This document shows positions 41,642 through 52,960 of a stretch of DNA of 64,000 nt, one piece after another. The position numbers were made by a program, and so were the translations under genes. Under the pieces are notes generated by a model. It was not told where the DNA came from and did not search any database. It was given only the letters and a program-made list of their open reading frames with translations. This stretch comes from Patescibacteria group bacterium (GTDB taxonomy: Bacteria > Patescibacteriota > Patescibacteriia > UBA1558 > UBA10009). The DNA is taken from the NCBI GenBank assembly GCA_041662565.1, contig JBAZSE010000002.1:27244-91243 (forward strand), in the 5' to 3' direction. The stretch's first letter is position 1; the number at the start of each line of letters is the position of its first letter.

Positions 41642-42247
41642 CTACTTGCGAGTGGAAGCGGCAAGACAATGGCCACCCCAACCGCTACCAAGATAACGCC
41701 CCATTACCACTCGCCACCCTTTGGTGTCCTGATTAAGATAGAGATACCAAAGTTGGCCGTCATCAATCCAAATCGTGAACATCGGCGCCTGACGTTTCAT
41801 GTTGGAGAATTTTGCCCCGATCGCCAGTAAAACCAACGGATGGATGAATGACTCGTCTAATCCTTTTAGGTAATCCAGCCACTCCTGATTGGTTGTGATA
41901 CTTTCACGCTTATTCAGTCCGACCTCGACCCACTGAATACCAGACGAGCTGCTTGGCGGAAGTTTGGCTCCTATGGCAATACATTGGCTGCCGTAGCCAC
42001 CGGCCTTGATGGCATCTTCCAAAGATAGAGACCAGTCAACCTTTACCACTACCTGCCCCGCCGTCCGATTGGCAATCGCCTGTGTCCACAAGGCAATCGC
42101 CTCCCTGGCATTTTGAATGGCCCATTGGGCATCATTAGTAGACCATTCTTTGAACTCAGCCTGATGTTCAATAATTACACCAAGGAATTTTGGAATCTGT
42201 TGTTCGGTCATTTTCTTTCCTTTTATTTTGACCGTTTCTACAGACAC
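41642..42247 (-). CDS. hypothetical protein, GC-rich singleton (likely start at 42211)
   Basis: About 50% GC vs about 40% background; aaaggaaag SD before internal ATG (MTEQQ); terminator hairpin 41518-41575; no recognised domain. Confidence 0.45.
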   Translation of the reverse strand: MSVETVKIKGKKMTEQQIPKFLGVIIEHQAEFKEWSTNDAQWAIQNAREAIALWTQAIANRTAGQVVVKVDWSLSLEDAIKAGGYGSQCIAIGAKLPPSSSSGIQWVEVGLNKRESITTNQEWLDYLKGLDESFIHPLVLLAIGAKFSNMKRQAPMFTIWIDDGQLWYLYLNQDTKGWRVVMGRYLGSGWGGHCLAASTRK

Positions 42248-42456
42248 GCCATTATTACTGGCGACCTATTCTCCGCAACTGTTTAGCCACGGTTTTCAAC
42301 CTATTTTAATAAATAAACTAAAAACCATGGCTAATATTAGGTAAAATTTAAAGAACTATTATTTAATACATTATGATACCATATTTTATGGATTATGTCA
42401 ATATTTACAAATAAAATCAAGGTGGTAATATAATATTGTTACTATGAAAAAACTCC

Positions 42457-43011
42457 TTATACGGTTCCGTCCGTATCAGGCGTTTTTTCTTTTACGGCCA
42501 ATCTGAATCTAAAATCATCAAGAAAAATCGGACGATCATAAATACTTTTAGTATAAATCTTTCTTATAAGATAAGAACACTGCTTTCTATTGGGCGCGAT
42601 AATCTTCCCAAGAACTTTCCTGTTTAAAAGAAATGATGCTAAACAAGCAAAATCGCCGTCGCCCGACACTAAAATGGCTTGATCATATTGATATTCATAA
42701 AAATCAATCACAGCGTTTAAAACCAATTCCGCGTCGCAATTACCTTTGGCTTTGCCGTTGGCTTGATAGCTTAAGGATTTAAAAATCAAAATAAAGCCGG
42801 CGCGCCTTAGTTTTTGATACAGACGCTGATTGGCCTGCATGTACCCCAAAAAAATATAAGCCTTAACGACGCCGTATTTTTCAGTCAGCCAACGGCGCAA
42901 GCGAAAATAATCAATAATCCAACCAAGATCTTTAACCCCTTGATGCAGATTATTGCCGTCAATATAGGCAAAATTATTCTTTAAATTTTCCATAAATAAA
43001 AACAGGATCAT
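42457..43011 (-). CDS. NYN-domain (LabA-like) protein
   Basis: YIDGNNLH...DAELVL...SGDGDF acidic residues of a NYN/PIN-like nuclease fold. Confidence 0.65.
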   Translation of the reverse strand: MILFLFMENLKNNFAYIDGNNLHQGVKDLGWIIDYFRLRRWLTEKYGVVKAYIFLGYMQANQRLYQKLRRAGFILIFKSLSYQANGKAKGNCDAELVLNAVIDFYEYQYDQAILVSGDGDFACLASFLLNRKVLGKIIAPNRKQCSYLIRKIYTKSIYDRPIFLDDFRFRLAVKEKTPDTDGTV

Positions 43012-43109
43012 TAACTTCCGCTCTTAATATAGCGAAAGTATGACCCTGATAATATTTACATCTTAATCGCTTAAAAGTTTTTTGTCAATACTAAACTGAC
43101 CCTCATTCC

Positions 43110-44432
43110 TTATTCATTATTCCCATCCTTTATTGCCAATCCCCACACCAGCCACCATAACATAAGGCCAAAAGATAAAGTCCAAAGATAATGATCAAAT
43201 AAGCCCATAACTCCCATTGAAATTATCAGCGCACGACTTATAACATCTGTTTTGCGCCAAAGATTGATGAGCAAAAAAGCAAACAATAAAAAACCCAATA
43301 CTCCCAGTTCGGTTAACGCCAGCCAATACCAACTATGAACCGGCTCGTAAAACAAACCGAATTTATCTGGCTCTATTATTTGCAGCTCTTTCATATAATT
43401 ACCCAAACCAACTCCTAAAACAGGATGATTTTTATAAATTCCTTTGGCTTGAGCAAGTAAACTTAAGCGTTGAGTAATGGAATATTTTTCCAAACGTTCG
43501 ACAGTGTTTAAACGGGTGGTTAATAATTGATAAGGAAAGGCCATTAAAAATACCCCCCAAAGTGCCGTAAAAACAATAGCTAATTTAAGGCAAACGATTT
43601 TTTCTTGTTTTAACTTTTTTACAAAAGCGTAAACAGCCAGATAAATAAATCCAATTGCTAAACCCAGCCAGGCCCCTCGGGAAAAAGTTAAAATCAAAGC
43701 AAAAAATATTACGCTAGCCGAAAGCCAATAAAAAAGATTAAGATAAAGCAAACTTCTGGAAAAATTTTCTTCAACAATAATCCTTTTTCTTATTTGCCAA
43801 AGCGAAATTACAATCAACAGCAAAATAATAACTAAAAATCCGCCTAAAATATTAGGATGAGGCAAAGAACCGTAAGCCCTTAACCAGCGTTCATCGGCAA
43901 ATTGCACCACCGAGGCACCTGGATTTTGAGCTTCTATAAATGATAAGCCCAGCCATTTGAAGGCAAAGGTGGATTGGGTAAAAAATTGGTAAATGGCAAA
44001 CAAACCCTGAACCAAACCCGAGGCGATCAGCCAGTTTTTAAGAGTTGGCAGAGCAGCGGACGACACACTATAAGCAACCAACCAAAACAAGCCAACGCCT
44101 TCAATTAGTTTTAATAAAGAATATGCGGCAAAGGTTTTATCAACAGACCAGATGATTGATAGTCCGGCAAACGCTATGATAGCTAGTATGGTTATTACAA
44201 TAGGATCGCCACGTCTTGCTTTGCTCGGCTCGCGATGACAACACAATCGCTTGATTAAGCCCAAAATCAACAGGAAGATTAACAAAATTTCGGTACCATA
44301 CAAACTGTACCGCCCGTATTCAACCGCAAAATTCCTAACCAAGTTATCATGATAAATCCACCTGGTTTGCCAAGGCAATAAAAAAACCAATAAACACAAG
44401 CCCCAATTAATAATGTTATTTAAATATTTCAT
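43110..44432 (-). CDS. O-antigen ligase family membrane protein (Wzy_C)
   Basis: 440 aa, about 11 TM, TFSRGAWLGL motif. Confidence 0.7.
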   Translation of the reverse strand: MKYLNNIINWGLCLLVFLLPWQTRWIYHDNLVRNFAVEYGRYSLYGTEILLIFLLILGLIKRLCCHREPSKARRGDPIVITILAIIAFAGLSIIWSVDKTFAAYSLLKLIEGVGLFWLVAYSVSSAALPTLKNWLIASGLVQGLFAIYQFFTQSTFAFKWLGLSFIEAQNPGASVVQFADERWLRAYGSLPHPNILGGFLVIILLLIVISLWQIRKRIIVEENFSRSLLYLNLFYWLSASVIFFALILTFSRGAWLGLAIGFIYLAVYAFVKKLKQEKIVCLKLAIVFTALWGVFLMAFPYQLLTTRLNTVERLEKYSITQRLSLLAQAKGIYKNHPVLGVGLGNYMKELQIIEPDKFGLFYEPVHSWYWLALTELGVLGFLLFAFLLINLWRKTDVISRALIISMGVMGLFDHYLWTLSFGLMLWWLVWGLAIKDGNNE

Positions 44433-44504
44433 TTTAAAAAATTAAGTTTGTAGGGGATCTGATTACTTGTTTCATCAGATCCCCTATTGTTATGCAACTG
44501 GTTG

Positions 44505-44756
44505 TTAAACCTTCTTGGCCTTACCGAGACCATCCACCCAATTTTGGAACTTCCAGACTCCTCCCAAAGCACCAAATGACGTAAAGAAGAGACTGGATAA
44601 GAACCAAACTTTGAAGAAAGTTTCAGAAACACCAAGCGACACGCTGGATAGTGTGCCTTTTGTCCATAGTGATAGCAACATGGGTAGCCATATAGCTAAA
44701 ACCAATAGACCAAAGCATATCGCAGCACAATGCTTTTTTAAAAAGCACCACATCAT
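44505..44756 (-). CDS. hypothetical small membrane protein, GC-rich singleton
   Basis: Two TM; aggaggg SD directly upstream; perfect 13-bp hairpin (44451-44486) downstream; chosen over the overlapping plus-strand ORF. Confidence 0.45.
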   Translation of the reverse strand: MMWCFLKKHCAAICFGLLVLAIWLPMLLSLWTKGTLSSVSLGVSETFFKVWFLSSLFFTSFGALGGVWKFQNWVDGLGKAKKV

Positions 44757-44825
44757 CCCTCCTACGTAAGACTGATAACGATTTACCGGATGTTCAACAA
44801 ACTTAATTTTTCAAAAATCAAATGA

Positions 44826-45761
44826 TCAACTAATTAAAGACTGAATTGTTTTATCAAACCTATACTGATATTCCTCTCTTCTATCCTCTCGATGGAATTT
44901 TAAAACATTTTGCCCTGCCATTACCCGCGTATCGATATTTAGCATCTTTTTTAAATCAGTTGGCATGATTTTTAACTGGATTTTTTTGGCCCTTTCTTCC
45001 AAAAAATTATAACTCAAAAGCGCGGATAATAAAAGCTGGCCAACATTAACCAGCCAATTTATCTTAACTTGCCTACGATCATGAACATTGTAGCCAAAAC
45101 TGTTGGGCAATGATTTTTTAATCCAATCATTGGCTGTTTGAAATTTTTGATAAGCTTTATTTTGATTATAAATCGGCACCAACTGTTCAATCCAGTACGC
45201 CAGATAAATATCATTAGGGGAAATTTTTAAATTTTCTATGCTTAAACTGTCTTCTGATAAAAAGAAATTAGCGTCTATAGTATCTTGCTTGCTAATTGCT
45301 TTGGGGCGAACACCCAAAATTTTTAAAAAACCGACCGTTAACAATCGAGTTAGCCACAAGCGGTTATTTTGGGTAATAATAAATAAATCAATATCGCCGG
45401 TTTGATTGGAATTGCTGTAAGCCAAAGAATTGCAAACGGCGATCATTTTGATAAAAGGAATAAATCGCAAAATTTTTATAAATTTTATGGCCCGCTTAAA
45501 CTTATTCTCCGCCAAGCCGTATTTAAACAATCTTTTGGCAATTAATTCTTGACGTCCGGATAAAAAATAAAATCCGTCTTTGGTGGCTATGTTATCGTTC
45601 AAACTTAATAGTGCGGTTTGAATTTCGCTTAAAGAGTAAGTTTGCCCTGCCGAACCTGCTGGCAAATACAACCATTTATAAATTTCCATCACAGTTAAGG
45701 GATAATCAAAAATATCAAAATATACAAGGGTTTTGATGATTGATTTTTGTAATTCGGACAT
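44826..45761 (-). CDS. hypothetical protein, possible nucleotidyltransferase fold
   Basis: 311 aa; S..S...GDIDLFII resembles a minimal NTase hG[GS]...DxD motif; otherwise unrecognised. Confidence 0.35.
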   Translation of the reverse strand: MSELQKSIIKTLVYFDIFDYPLTVMEIYKWLYLPAGSAGQTYSLSEIQTALLSLNDNIATKDGFYFLSGRQELIAKRLFKYGLAENKFKRAIKFIKILRFIPFIKMIAVCNSLAYSNSNQTGDIDLFIITQNNRLWLTRLLTVGFLKILGVRPKAISKQDTIDANFFLSEDSLSIENLKISPNDIYLAYWIEQLVPIYNQNKAYQKFQTANDWIKKSLPNSFGYNVHDRRQVKINWLVNVGQLLLSALLSYNFLEERAKKIQLKIMPTDLKKMLNIDTRVMAGQNVLKFHREDRREEYQYRFDKTIQSLIS

Positions 45762-45815
45762 ACGGCTATTTTAACACAAAAATCAGCCAAACAAAAAACC
45801 CGCCGAATCGGCGGG

Positions 45816-48674
45816 TTATTTAAAGACCTTTTTAAGATACTGACCGGTGTAACTCTCTTTAACCTTGATTAAATCCTTGGGCGTGCCTTGAGCCACAATG
45901 TAACCCCCCTTATCCCCGCCCTCGGGCCCAAGATCTATCACCCAATCGGCGCATTTGATAACATCCAGCTGATGTTCAATAATCAAAACCGTATTGCCTT
46001 TATCAACCAAGCGGTTTAATACTTGTAACAAGCGATTGATATCGTCAAAATGCAAACCGGTTGTTGGCTCATCCAAAATATACAAAGTCCGGCCGGTAGA
46101 ACGGCGCGCCAGTTCGGTAGCGAGCTTTACTCTTTGGGCTTCACCACCGGATAAAGTGGTGGCGGATTGGCCTAATTTTAAATAACCCAAACCAACTTCA
46201 AACAATGTTTTTAATTTTTGGTAAATATTGGGCACGTTGGTAAAAAACCTCATACCTTCTTCCACGGTCATGGCTAGCACGTCGGCAATATTTTTGCCTT
46301 TGTAATGAACTTCCATGGTTTGCTGATTGTATCTTTTGCCATGGCATTCATCGCATTCAATATACACATCGGGCAAAAAGTTCATTTCAATTCGCACCAT
46401 GCCATCGCCTTCACAGGCCTCGCAACGCCCGCCTTCTACGTTAAAGCTAAACCTGCCGGCTTTGTAACCGCGGATTTTGGCTTCAGGCAGTTCGGTAAAC
46501 AAATCCCTAATATAAGTAAACACGCCGGTGTAAGTGGCGGGGTTGGATCTGGGAGTTCGGCCGATCGGCGATTGATCAATATCAATAACTTTATCCAAAT
46601 TTTCCAGGCCCTTGATTTCTTTATGTTTGCCCGGCAAATCCTTGGCGCGGTAAAAATACTGCCCCAAGGCCTTGGCTAAAATTTCGGTCATTAAGGTGGA
46701 TTTGCCGCTACCCGAAACACCGGTAATACAAACAAACTGGCCGAGCGGAATTTTAACGTTGATGTTTTTTAAATTGAATTCAGAAGCGCCGATAATTTCC
46801 AAATGCTTGCCATTGCCTTTGTGGTGTTTTTTGGGAATTTCAATCTGCATATCACCCGTTAAATACCGGCCGGTTAATGACTGCTTGTTTTTTTTGATTT
46901 GCTCGGGCGTACCTACAGCCACAACCTTGCCGCCGTTTTCGCCGGCACCGGGCCCGATATCCACCACGTAATCGGCAGCTAAAATCGTATCTTCATCATG
47001 CTCCACCACGATTATGGTATTACCCAAATCACGCAAAATTTTTAAGGTCTTAATTAATTTATCATTATCACGCTGGTGCAAACCAATGGATGGTTCATCC
47101 AAAATATACAACACCCCAACCAGCGATGAGCCAATTTGAGTGGCCAAACGGATGCGCTGAGATTCGCCGCCCGATAAAGTGGTGGCCGGGCGATCCAAAG
47201 TTAAATACGATAAACCAACATCTTCCAAAAAAGTCAAACGGGATTTTATTTCTTTTAAAATCGGTTCGGCAATTTTTGTCTCACGGGCATTAAATTTGAT
47301 GCTTTCTTTATGCTTGGGATTATTTATCCGATCAAAATAATAACTGGCCTGGGTAATGGTCATATTGGTCAGCTCAAAAATGCTTTTTTCGCCGACCGTT
47401 ACGCTTAACACTTCCGGCCGCAAACGCCTGCCATGGCACAACGGGCATTGGTAAACCCTCATATAGCGCTCAATTTCGCTTCTAATATATTCCGATTCGG
47501 TTTCACGGTACCTGCGGGCCAAATTAGGCATCACGCCTTCGTAAGTGCTGTTAAAATCACCACTAAACTTTTCGGTATTAAAATTCATGTTGTACTTGCG
47601 ATCACCGGTGCCTTCCAAAACAATTTCCAACTGTTTTTTGGTTAGCTTATTAACCGGCACGCGGGTGGAAAATTTATGGGCTTTGGCCACGTTTTCCAGC
47701 ATTTTAAAATACCACGATTGGTTGGAAGCGGTTCTGGACCACGGCCTAATAGCGCCTTCGGCCAAAGATAATTTTTTATTGGGAATAACCAAATCAGGGT
47801 CAACTTCCAGCTTGGTGCCCAGACCCGAACATTCCGGACAGGCGCCATGGGGGGAATTGAAAGAAAAATTTCTAGGTTCAATCTTTGGCAAATTAAGACC
47901 GCACTTAGGGCACGAAAGATGTTGGCTGTAAACCAAATCCTTGGAGTGTTCGGGCAAATGAACAATCACTACCCCGTCGCCCAAATCAGCCACGATTTCC
48001 AATGAATCAATTAATCGCTTTTTATCGTCCTTGGAAACGGTTAAACGATCCACCACCACTTCAATGGTATGTTTTTTTTGTTTATCCAAATCCAAATCCA
48101 TGGCTTCAACCAATGAATACATCTGATTGTTAATGCGCACGCGGGCATAGCCGGCTTTTTTGAATTCATTAAAAACATGCTTGTGCTCGCCCTTCTTATC
48201 TTTAATTACCGGGGCAATCAGCCAGACCTCGGTATTGGCGGGCAAATTTAAAATTTTCTCGGCAATAGCGCCAATGGTTTGGGTAGAAATTTCTTGCCCG
48301 CAATTAGGGCAGTGAGGATGCCCGGCTCGGGCATAAAGCAATCTTAAATAATCGTAAATTTCGGTAATCGTACCAACGGTGGAACGAGGGTTATGGGAAG
48401 TTGATTTTTGGTCAATAGAAATAGCCGGCGACAAGCCGTCAATTTGATCCACATCCGGCTTATCCATTAAACCCAAAAACTGCCGAGCGTAAGCGGATAA
48501 CGACTCAACATACCGGCGCTGGCCTTCGGCGTAAATGGTATCAAAAGCAAGCGAAGATTTACCGGAACCAGAAAGGCCGGTAATAACTACCAGTTTATCG
48601 CGCGGGATTTCCACATCAATATTTTTTAAGTTGTGGACCCTGGCGCCTTTAATAACGATTTTATTGGCAGACAT
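45816..48674 (-). CDS. uvrA: excinuclease ABC subunit A
   Basis: 952 aa; two ABC modules ([20 protein letters not shown]), zinc-finger cysteines. Confidence 0.95.
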   Translation of the reverse strand: MSANKIVIKGARVHNLKNIDVEIPRDKLVVITGLSGSGKSSLAFDTIYAEGQRRYVESLSAYARQFLGLMDKPDVDQIDGLSPAISIDQKSTSHNPRSTVGTITEIYDYLRLLYARAGHPHCPNCGQEISTQTIGAIAEKILNLPANTEVWLIAPVIKDKKGEHKHVFNEFKKAGYARVRINNQMYSLVEAMDLDLDKQKKHTIEVVVDRLTVSKDDKKRLIDSLEIVADLGDGVVIVHLPEHSKDLVYSQHLSCPKCGLNLPKIEPRNFSFNSPHGACPECSGLGTKLEVDPDLVIPNKKLSLAEGAIRPWSRTASNQSWYFKMLENVAKAHKFSTRVPVNKLTKKQLEIVLEGTGDRKYNMNFNTEKFSGDFNSTYEGVMPNLARRYRETESEYIRSEIERYMRVYQCPLCHGRRLRPEVLSVTVGEKSIFELTNMTITQASYYFDRINNPKHKESIKFNARETKIAEPILKEIKSRLTFLEDVGLSYLTLDRPATTLSGGESQRIRLATQIGSSLVGVLYILDEPSIGLHQRDNDKLIKTLKILRDLGNTIIVVEHDEDTILAADYVVDIGPGAGENGGKVVAVGTPEQIKKNKQSLTGRYLTGDMQIEIPKKHHKGNGKHLEIIGASEFNLKNINVKIPLGQFVCITGVSGSGKSTLMTEILAKALGQYFYRAKDLPGKHKEIKGLENLDKVIDIDQSPIGRTPRSNPATYTGVFTYIRDLFTELPEAKIRGYKAGRFSFNVEGGRCEACEGDGMVRIEMNFLPDVYIECDECHGKRYNQQTMEVHYKGKNIADVLAMTVEEGMRFFTNVPNIYQKLKTLFEVGLGYLKLGQSATTLSGGEAQRVKLATELARRSTGRTLYILDEPTTGLHFDDINRLLQVLNRLVDKGNTVLIIEHQLDVIKCADWVIDLGPEGGDKGGYIVAQGTPKDLIKVKESYTGQYLKKVFK

Positions 48675-48760
48675 AGTTTAGGTACTAGTAACTAAGGCAC
48701 AAGCTGGCACCCATTGTACACCCATTTTGCGAAAAGGTCAATTATGTAAAAAGATGGCGC

Positions 48761-48833
48761 AGATTTAGACGGATTTCACGGATATAAGATCTGAGTAAAT
48801 CTGTGTCAAATCTGCGTAATCCGTGACTAATAA
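48761..48833. repeat. CACGGAT-motif repeat family C, copy 2
   Basis: gacggatttcacggatataagatctgagtaaatctgtgtcaaatctgcgtaatccgtgactaa, followed by hairpin terminator 48838-48859. Confidence 0.6.
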
Positions 48834-48878
48834 AAAAGGACAGCTGGTTAGGGCTGTCCGTGGAAGGGTTGGAGCTTT

Positions 48879-49241
48879 TTAAGCTGTTGGAGTGACAGGA
48901 ATGGTCCAGGCCACTTTAAGACGAAGATCTGCTGCCCTGCTCTTAAGCAACCAGTCCGGTGCTTCTTCGGTTAGGCGCAGTGCAAAGCACAACGCCTCGA
49001 AAGAGCCGTCCACATCCAGTATTGGGTTGGCATCAAAAATTGCCAAGTTAACGCCAAACTTGTGGGCGGTGGCCACGAAGATTCCATTGGCATCAAGAAA
49101 ATCGCAATGACTCCAGTCGCCCTTGCAAAAAACGATTCCTTGTCCGTAAACGACCCTTGCCGGTTCAACTGTGAGCATCTCGCCGGCTATTGACTGGAAA
49201 AGATTCCAGGCCGCCTGAATTGGCGGAGTGAATGCGATCAT
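48879..49241 (-). CDS. hypothetical protein, GC-rich singleton
   Basis: 120 aa, about 51% GC, gagga SD, own terminator; no recognised domain. Confidence 0.4.
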   Translation of the reverse strand: MIAFTPPIQAAWNLFQSIAGEMLTVEPARVVYGQGIVFCKGDWSHCDFLDANGIFVATAHKFGVNLAIFDANPILDVDGSFEALCFALRLTEEAPDWLLKSRAADLRLKVAWTIPVTPTA

Positions 49242-49377
49242 CGTATCCTCTGATTGTGAAAGAAAATGGTTACACGAAACTCACTTAAGCTACACCTTTA
49301 CAACTATTTTGTCAATAATAAAAAATTGACAAACCCCCATAAATTCGGGATACTTAAAATAAGTAACATTACTCATT

Positions 49378-50790
49378 ATGGATCTGCAAGAAGCGTTTGT
49401 TCAGCAAAAAATTTTAACAGACAAAGTCAGGCAAACTCAGCCCGAACTTTTTAAAATTGAGCGTTCGCGCACGGAAGCGGAAATTTTTAAAATTATTGGC
49501 ATTGATAATTTGCCCCAAAACCGGCCCTTGGGCTATTTACGGCTTTATCCCGAAGATTTTTTGGTTGAAGAAATTACCAAAGAAGATAAACTAATAAAAA
49601 TAAATGAATTTAATGATAATTTTCCTGATCAAAAAAACAGCCCCCACAATACTACTCTTTACGCACATTTGATAAAAATAGGCATCCCCACGCATCATGC
49701 CATAGAAAAAATTTCCCAGGCCTTAAAAATTGACCGAACCAAAATCGGTTTTGCCGGCTTAAAAGATTCTGATGCCTTAACCGCTCAACAGATTGCCTTT
49801 CCCGGACTTAAAATTACCCCCCAAGAAATTAAGGCCGTAAAAATTCCCCATATTTGCTTAACCGATTTTTATTACGGCCAAAATACCCTATCCCCCGGAA
49901 ATTTGCACGGCAACTGCTTTACTATAACAATAAGGACGGAACAGGAAATCGATGCTTCTTGGCTTAAAGCCCGTGTTAACATTTTAAAAACCCATGGTTT
50001 TTTAAACTACTTTCAATCCCAGCGTTTTGGCGGCACTAGATTAAACGGCCATTTATTGGGCAAGCTAGTGGCCAAAGGCCAATACCAACAGGCCATTACC
50101 ACCTTTTTATTTCAAACCAATAATTTTAATTTGCCTTATGCCAATAACTTAAGAAAATCCGGTGAGCAGGCCTGGCCTGATTTAAACGAGATTAAAAAAT
50201 TATTTTTAAATCTGCCATATTATTTTAATGTTGAATTAAAAATCATTGATTATCTTTTAGCCAATCCTCAAGATTACCAAGGCGCCCTTAATGCCGTGCC
50301 CGACCATACCAGAATCTGGGTTCATGCCTATACCAGCTGGCTGTTTAACAAGCATTTGTCGGATTTTTCCCAAAACCACGGCTGTACCACCGAAATTTTT
50401 ACCCTACCCTTAAACGGCAACAAAAACGATGATCGACCTTATCAAAAATATTTAACAGCCGATGATGTTAAGGATTACAAAAAACATCTTTTGCCTTTTA
50501 GATTTATTGGTTTTAGAAAACAAACCATTAGCGGAAGAGTTAAGCCGCAAAATGTTGATTATCGGATTTTTAAACAAGGCGCCATAATTAATTTTTCTTT
50601 GCCACCCGGCTGTTACGCCACTACTTTTTTAGCCAATTTGTTTAATTTGCAAGAAGGCCTACCTATTCCTTTATGGGTCACGCGAGAAAAAATAGATGCC
50701 AAGGCCTTAATGAATCAAGGAAATTTAAATGAGTTAAAAGAAATATTTAAAGAAGAATGGTATTCCAAAGCAGAAAAAACCGATGTTTAA
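49378..50790 (+). CDS. truD: tRNA pseudouridine synthase TruD/Pus7 family
   Basis: 470 aa; catalytic FAGLKDSDA (GxKD) motif and YFQSQRFG motif. Confidence 0.75.
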   Translation: MDLQEAFVQQKILTDKVRQTQPELFKIERSRTEAEIFKIIGIDNLPQNRPLGYLRLYPEDFLVEEITKEDKLIKINEFNDNFPDQKNSPHNTTLYAHLIKIGIPTHHAIEKISQALKIDRTKIGFAGLKDSDALTAQQIAFPGLKITPQEIKAVKIPHICLTDFYYGQNTLSPGNLHGNCFTITIRTEQEIDASWLKARVNILKTHGFLNYFQSQRFGGTRLNGHLLGKLVAKGQYQQAITTFLFQTNNFNLPYANNLRKSGEQAWPDLNEIKKLFLNLPYYFNVELKIIDYLLANPQDYQGALNAVPDHTRIWVHAYTSWLFNKHLSDFSQNHGCTTEIFTLPLNGNKNDDRPYQKYLTADDVKDYKKHLLPFRFIGFRKQTISGRVKPQNVDYRIFKQGAIINFSLPPGCYATTFLANLFNLQEGLPIPLWVTREKIDAKALMNQGNLNELKEIFKEEWYSKAEKTDV

Positions 50791-50881
50791 AATTTGAATA
50801 AAAAAAGACCGGTAGCAGCGTTATAGGTTATGACCTACAGCACTGCTACCGGGATTTGTCGATCAAACCGCTTGAGAGGGT

Positions 50882-51478
50882 TTAACCAACGAGGCAATAG
50901 GTGCGTCCCTTCTTACCTCCGAACGAAAGCTGTCGAGCCGACTGGTTGGACCGATGCGGCGACCCCAGAATGATTGTGTCCAACCTGTACTGTTTGCCGG
51001 TTTTTTCCTGTTCGTCGGTCTTTCGGTATTTCAGATTAGCCCACACCGTGACCTCGAATTGGCAGTTTCTCAGAACACCCCATACTGCAGGCGGCACTTC
51101 GACCGAGACGTTACTGATGCGATATTCCACTACATGGACAGGGAATTTCCCCTTATCCCAATAATAGTGGAAACCAGTTATTACCCAACCCTTACCGGCG
51201 AGTTGCCCCAAAAATTCGTAGAAGCGAACTCCCTTCTGCTGATTGATGATCCGCAGGCCTGTATCGTTCTTGTTTGACCGATAGACGTGGGTGGCAAGGT
51301 TACGGGCTCTTGCCTCATCTGCGTGAGTTGCTTCGATCTGAGCACCATCTCTCACCATTTCCGGAAAACCGGGAATAAGATCTAATCCATAGATCTTGAT
51401 GAGGATGGTACCGGGCACCTTAGTATAAACGGCAGACCGTTTTGCCACTTCTTTTCGAACTGGATCCTTGCTGGGCAT
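50882..51478 (-). CDS. hypothetical protein, GC-rich singleton
   Basis: 198 aa, about 50% GC, gggagg SD, nested-hairpin terminator 50806-50850; no recognised domain. Confidence 0.4.
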   Translation of the reverse strand: MPSKDPVRKEVAKRSAVYTKVPGTILIKIYGLDLIPGFPEMVRDGAQIEATHADEARARNLATHVYRSNKNDTGLRIINQQKGVRFYEFLGQLAGKGWVITGFHYYWDKGKFPVHVVEYRISNVSVEVPPAVWGVLRNCQFEVTVWANLKYRKTDEQEKTGKQYRLDTIILGSPHRSNQSARQLSFGGKKGRTYCLVG

Positions 51479-51630
51479 TTCTGCCTCCCTTGCTTGCTGG
51501 TTTGCTGTATTGCTGAATTTTTGTCAACGAAATTGACCTTCCATCATAGCATATATATTAAATTATGTCAATCATTATACTAAAAATGGGCTAATTTAAG
51601 CCATTTTTATCCACTTTTGGATTCATTTAT

Positions 51631-52920
51631 ATGCCAACTTTATTAAAACTCAACAACTTGCCAACAAAACCGGGTATTTACCGTTTTTTGGATAAAACTG
51701 GTCGTCTTTTGTATATTGGCAAAGCCAAAAATTTAAAAAATAGAGTTAAATCATATTTTGTTAAAACAACCGAACTCTCGCCCGCTAAACAGCAGATGGT
51801 TCAAAAAATAAACAAGGTAGAATACACTTTAGTAAATAATGAAACCGAAGCCCTGCTCTTGGAACGCAGTTTAATCAAAAAATTCCAACCGCCGTACAAT
51901 GTGGATTTGAAGGATGATAAAAGTTGGCTGTACGCTCAGATTACCAAAACCGATTTTCCTCAAGTGATTTTAACTAGAAAAAAAGAAAATCATCAAACAA
52001 CCAAAAAAGATAATCAAGGGCGATTTTTTGGACCATATACTTCGGCCTTAGCCATCCGGCAAACTTTAAGAATGCTAAAAAGAATTTTCCCCTACTATAC
52101 CGAATCCGGACCAATGATTAATTTGGCTAAAAATACCACCAGCCGTTTGCACTTGGGCCGGTACTTAAACCAACCCCTAACAGATAAAAAGGAATGGCAA
52201 AAAAACATTGGTTTGATTAAAAAATTTTTGGCAGGCAAAAATGCAGAATTCAAAATTGCTTTGCAAAAAAATATGGCCACGCAAGCCAAGAAAAAAAACT
52301 TTGAACGCGCGGGTTTAATTAGGGATCAATTAAAATATTTGGAAATCGTCAATCAAAAACAGCGAGTGATTAAAAATAATGAAGTGGACGAGGGTTACCT
52401 CGCTAAAGTTAAAAAAAAATATTTGGGCCTTAAAGAACTACAAAAAGTTTTAAAACTGCCCAAAACCCCTTTGCGGATTGAATGCTACGACATTTCCAAC
52501 ATCGGTGGCCAAATGGCAGTTGGTTCCATGGTGGTGCTAACCAATGGCGAACCAGATAATTCTAGCTATCGCCGCTTTAAAATCAAAACCGTAATTGGCG
52601 CCAATGATCCGGCCATGATTGCCGAAGTTATTAAAAGAAGATTACATAATGATTGGCCAAAACCTGATTTGATTTTAATTGATGGCGGGCCAACCCAACT
52701 TAATGCCGCTGTACGTGAACTTAAAAAAGCCGGTTTTAAACTGCCGATTGTTTCTTTAGCCAAACGTGAAGAAGAAATTTATTTGCCCAACGAAGCCATA
52801 CCGATCAAACTGCCAAAATTTTCCTCTGGTTTGCAGTTGTTACAAAGAATTAGGGATGAGGCGCATAGATTTGCTATTACTTATTATAGAAAACTTCACT
52901 CCAAAAAATATCTGGAATAA
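51631..52920 (+). CDS. uvrC: excinuclease ABC subunit C, short form lacking C-terminal HhH domain
   Basis: GIY-YIG N-terminus (GIYRFLDKTGRLLYIGKAKNL), UVR domain, RNase-H-like endonuclease domain (QRIRDEAHRFAI); ends at 429 aa. Confidence 0.8.
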   Translation: MPTLLKLNNLPTKPGIYRFLDKTGRLLYIGKAKNLKNRVKSYFVKTTELSPAKQQMVQKINKVEYTLVNNETEALLLERSLIKKFQPPYNVDLKDDKSWLYAQITKTDFPQVILTRKKENHQTTKKDNQGRFFGPYTSALAIRQTLRMLKRIFPYYTESGPMINLAKNTTSRLHLGRYLNQPLTDKKEWQKNIGLIKKFLAGKNAEFKIALQKNMATQAKKKNFERAGLIRDQLKYLEIVNQKQRVIKNNEVDEGYLAKVKKKYLGLKELQKVLKLPKTPLRIECYDISNIGGQMAVGSMVVLTNGEPDNSSYRRFKIKTVIGANDPAMIAEVIKRRLHNDWPKPDLILIDGGPTQLNAAVRELKKAGFKLPIVSLAKREEEIYLPNEAIPIKLPKFSSGLQLLQRIRDEAHRFAITYYRKLHSKKYLE

Positions 52921-52960
52921 AAAAAGTCCCTCTGTAAAGAAGGACTTGGGGTGGACCTGA

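Noticed and set aside
44515-44769. 84-aa plus-strand ORF overlapping 44505-44756
   Set aside because: The minus-strand partner has an AGGAGGG SD and two clean TM helices; the plus ORF lacks RBS and is a GC-rich mirror frame.
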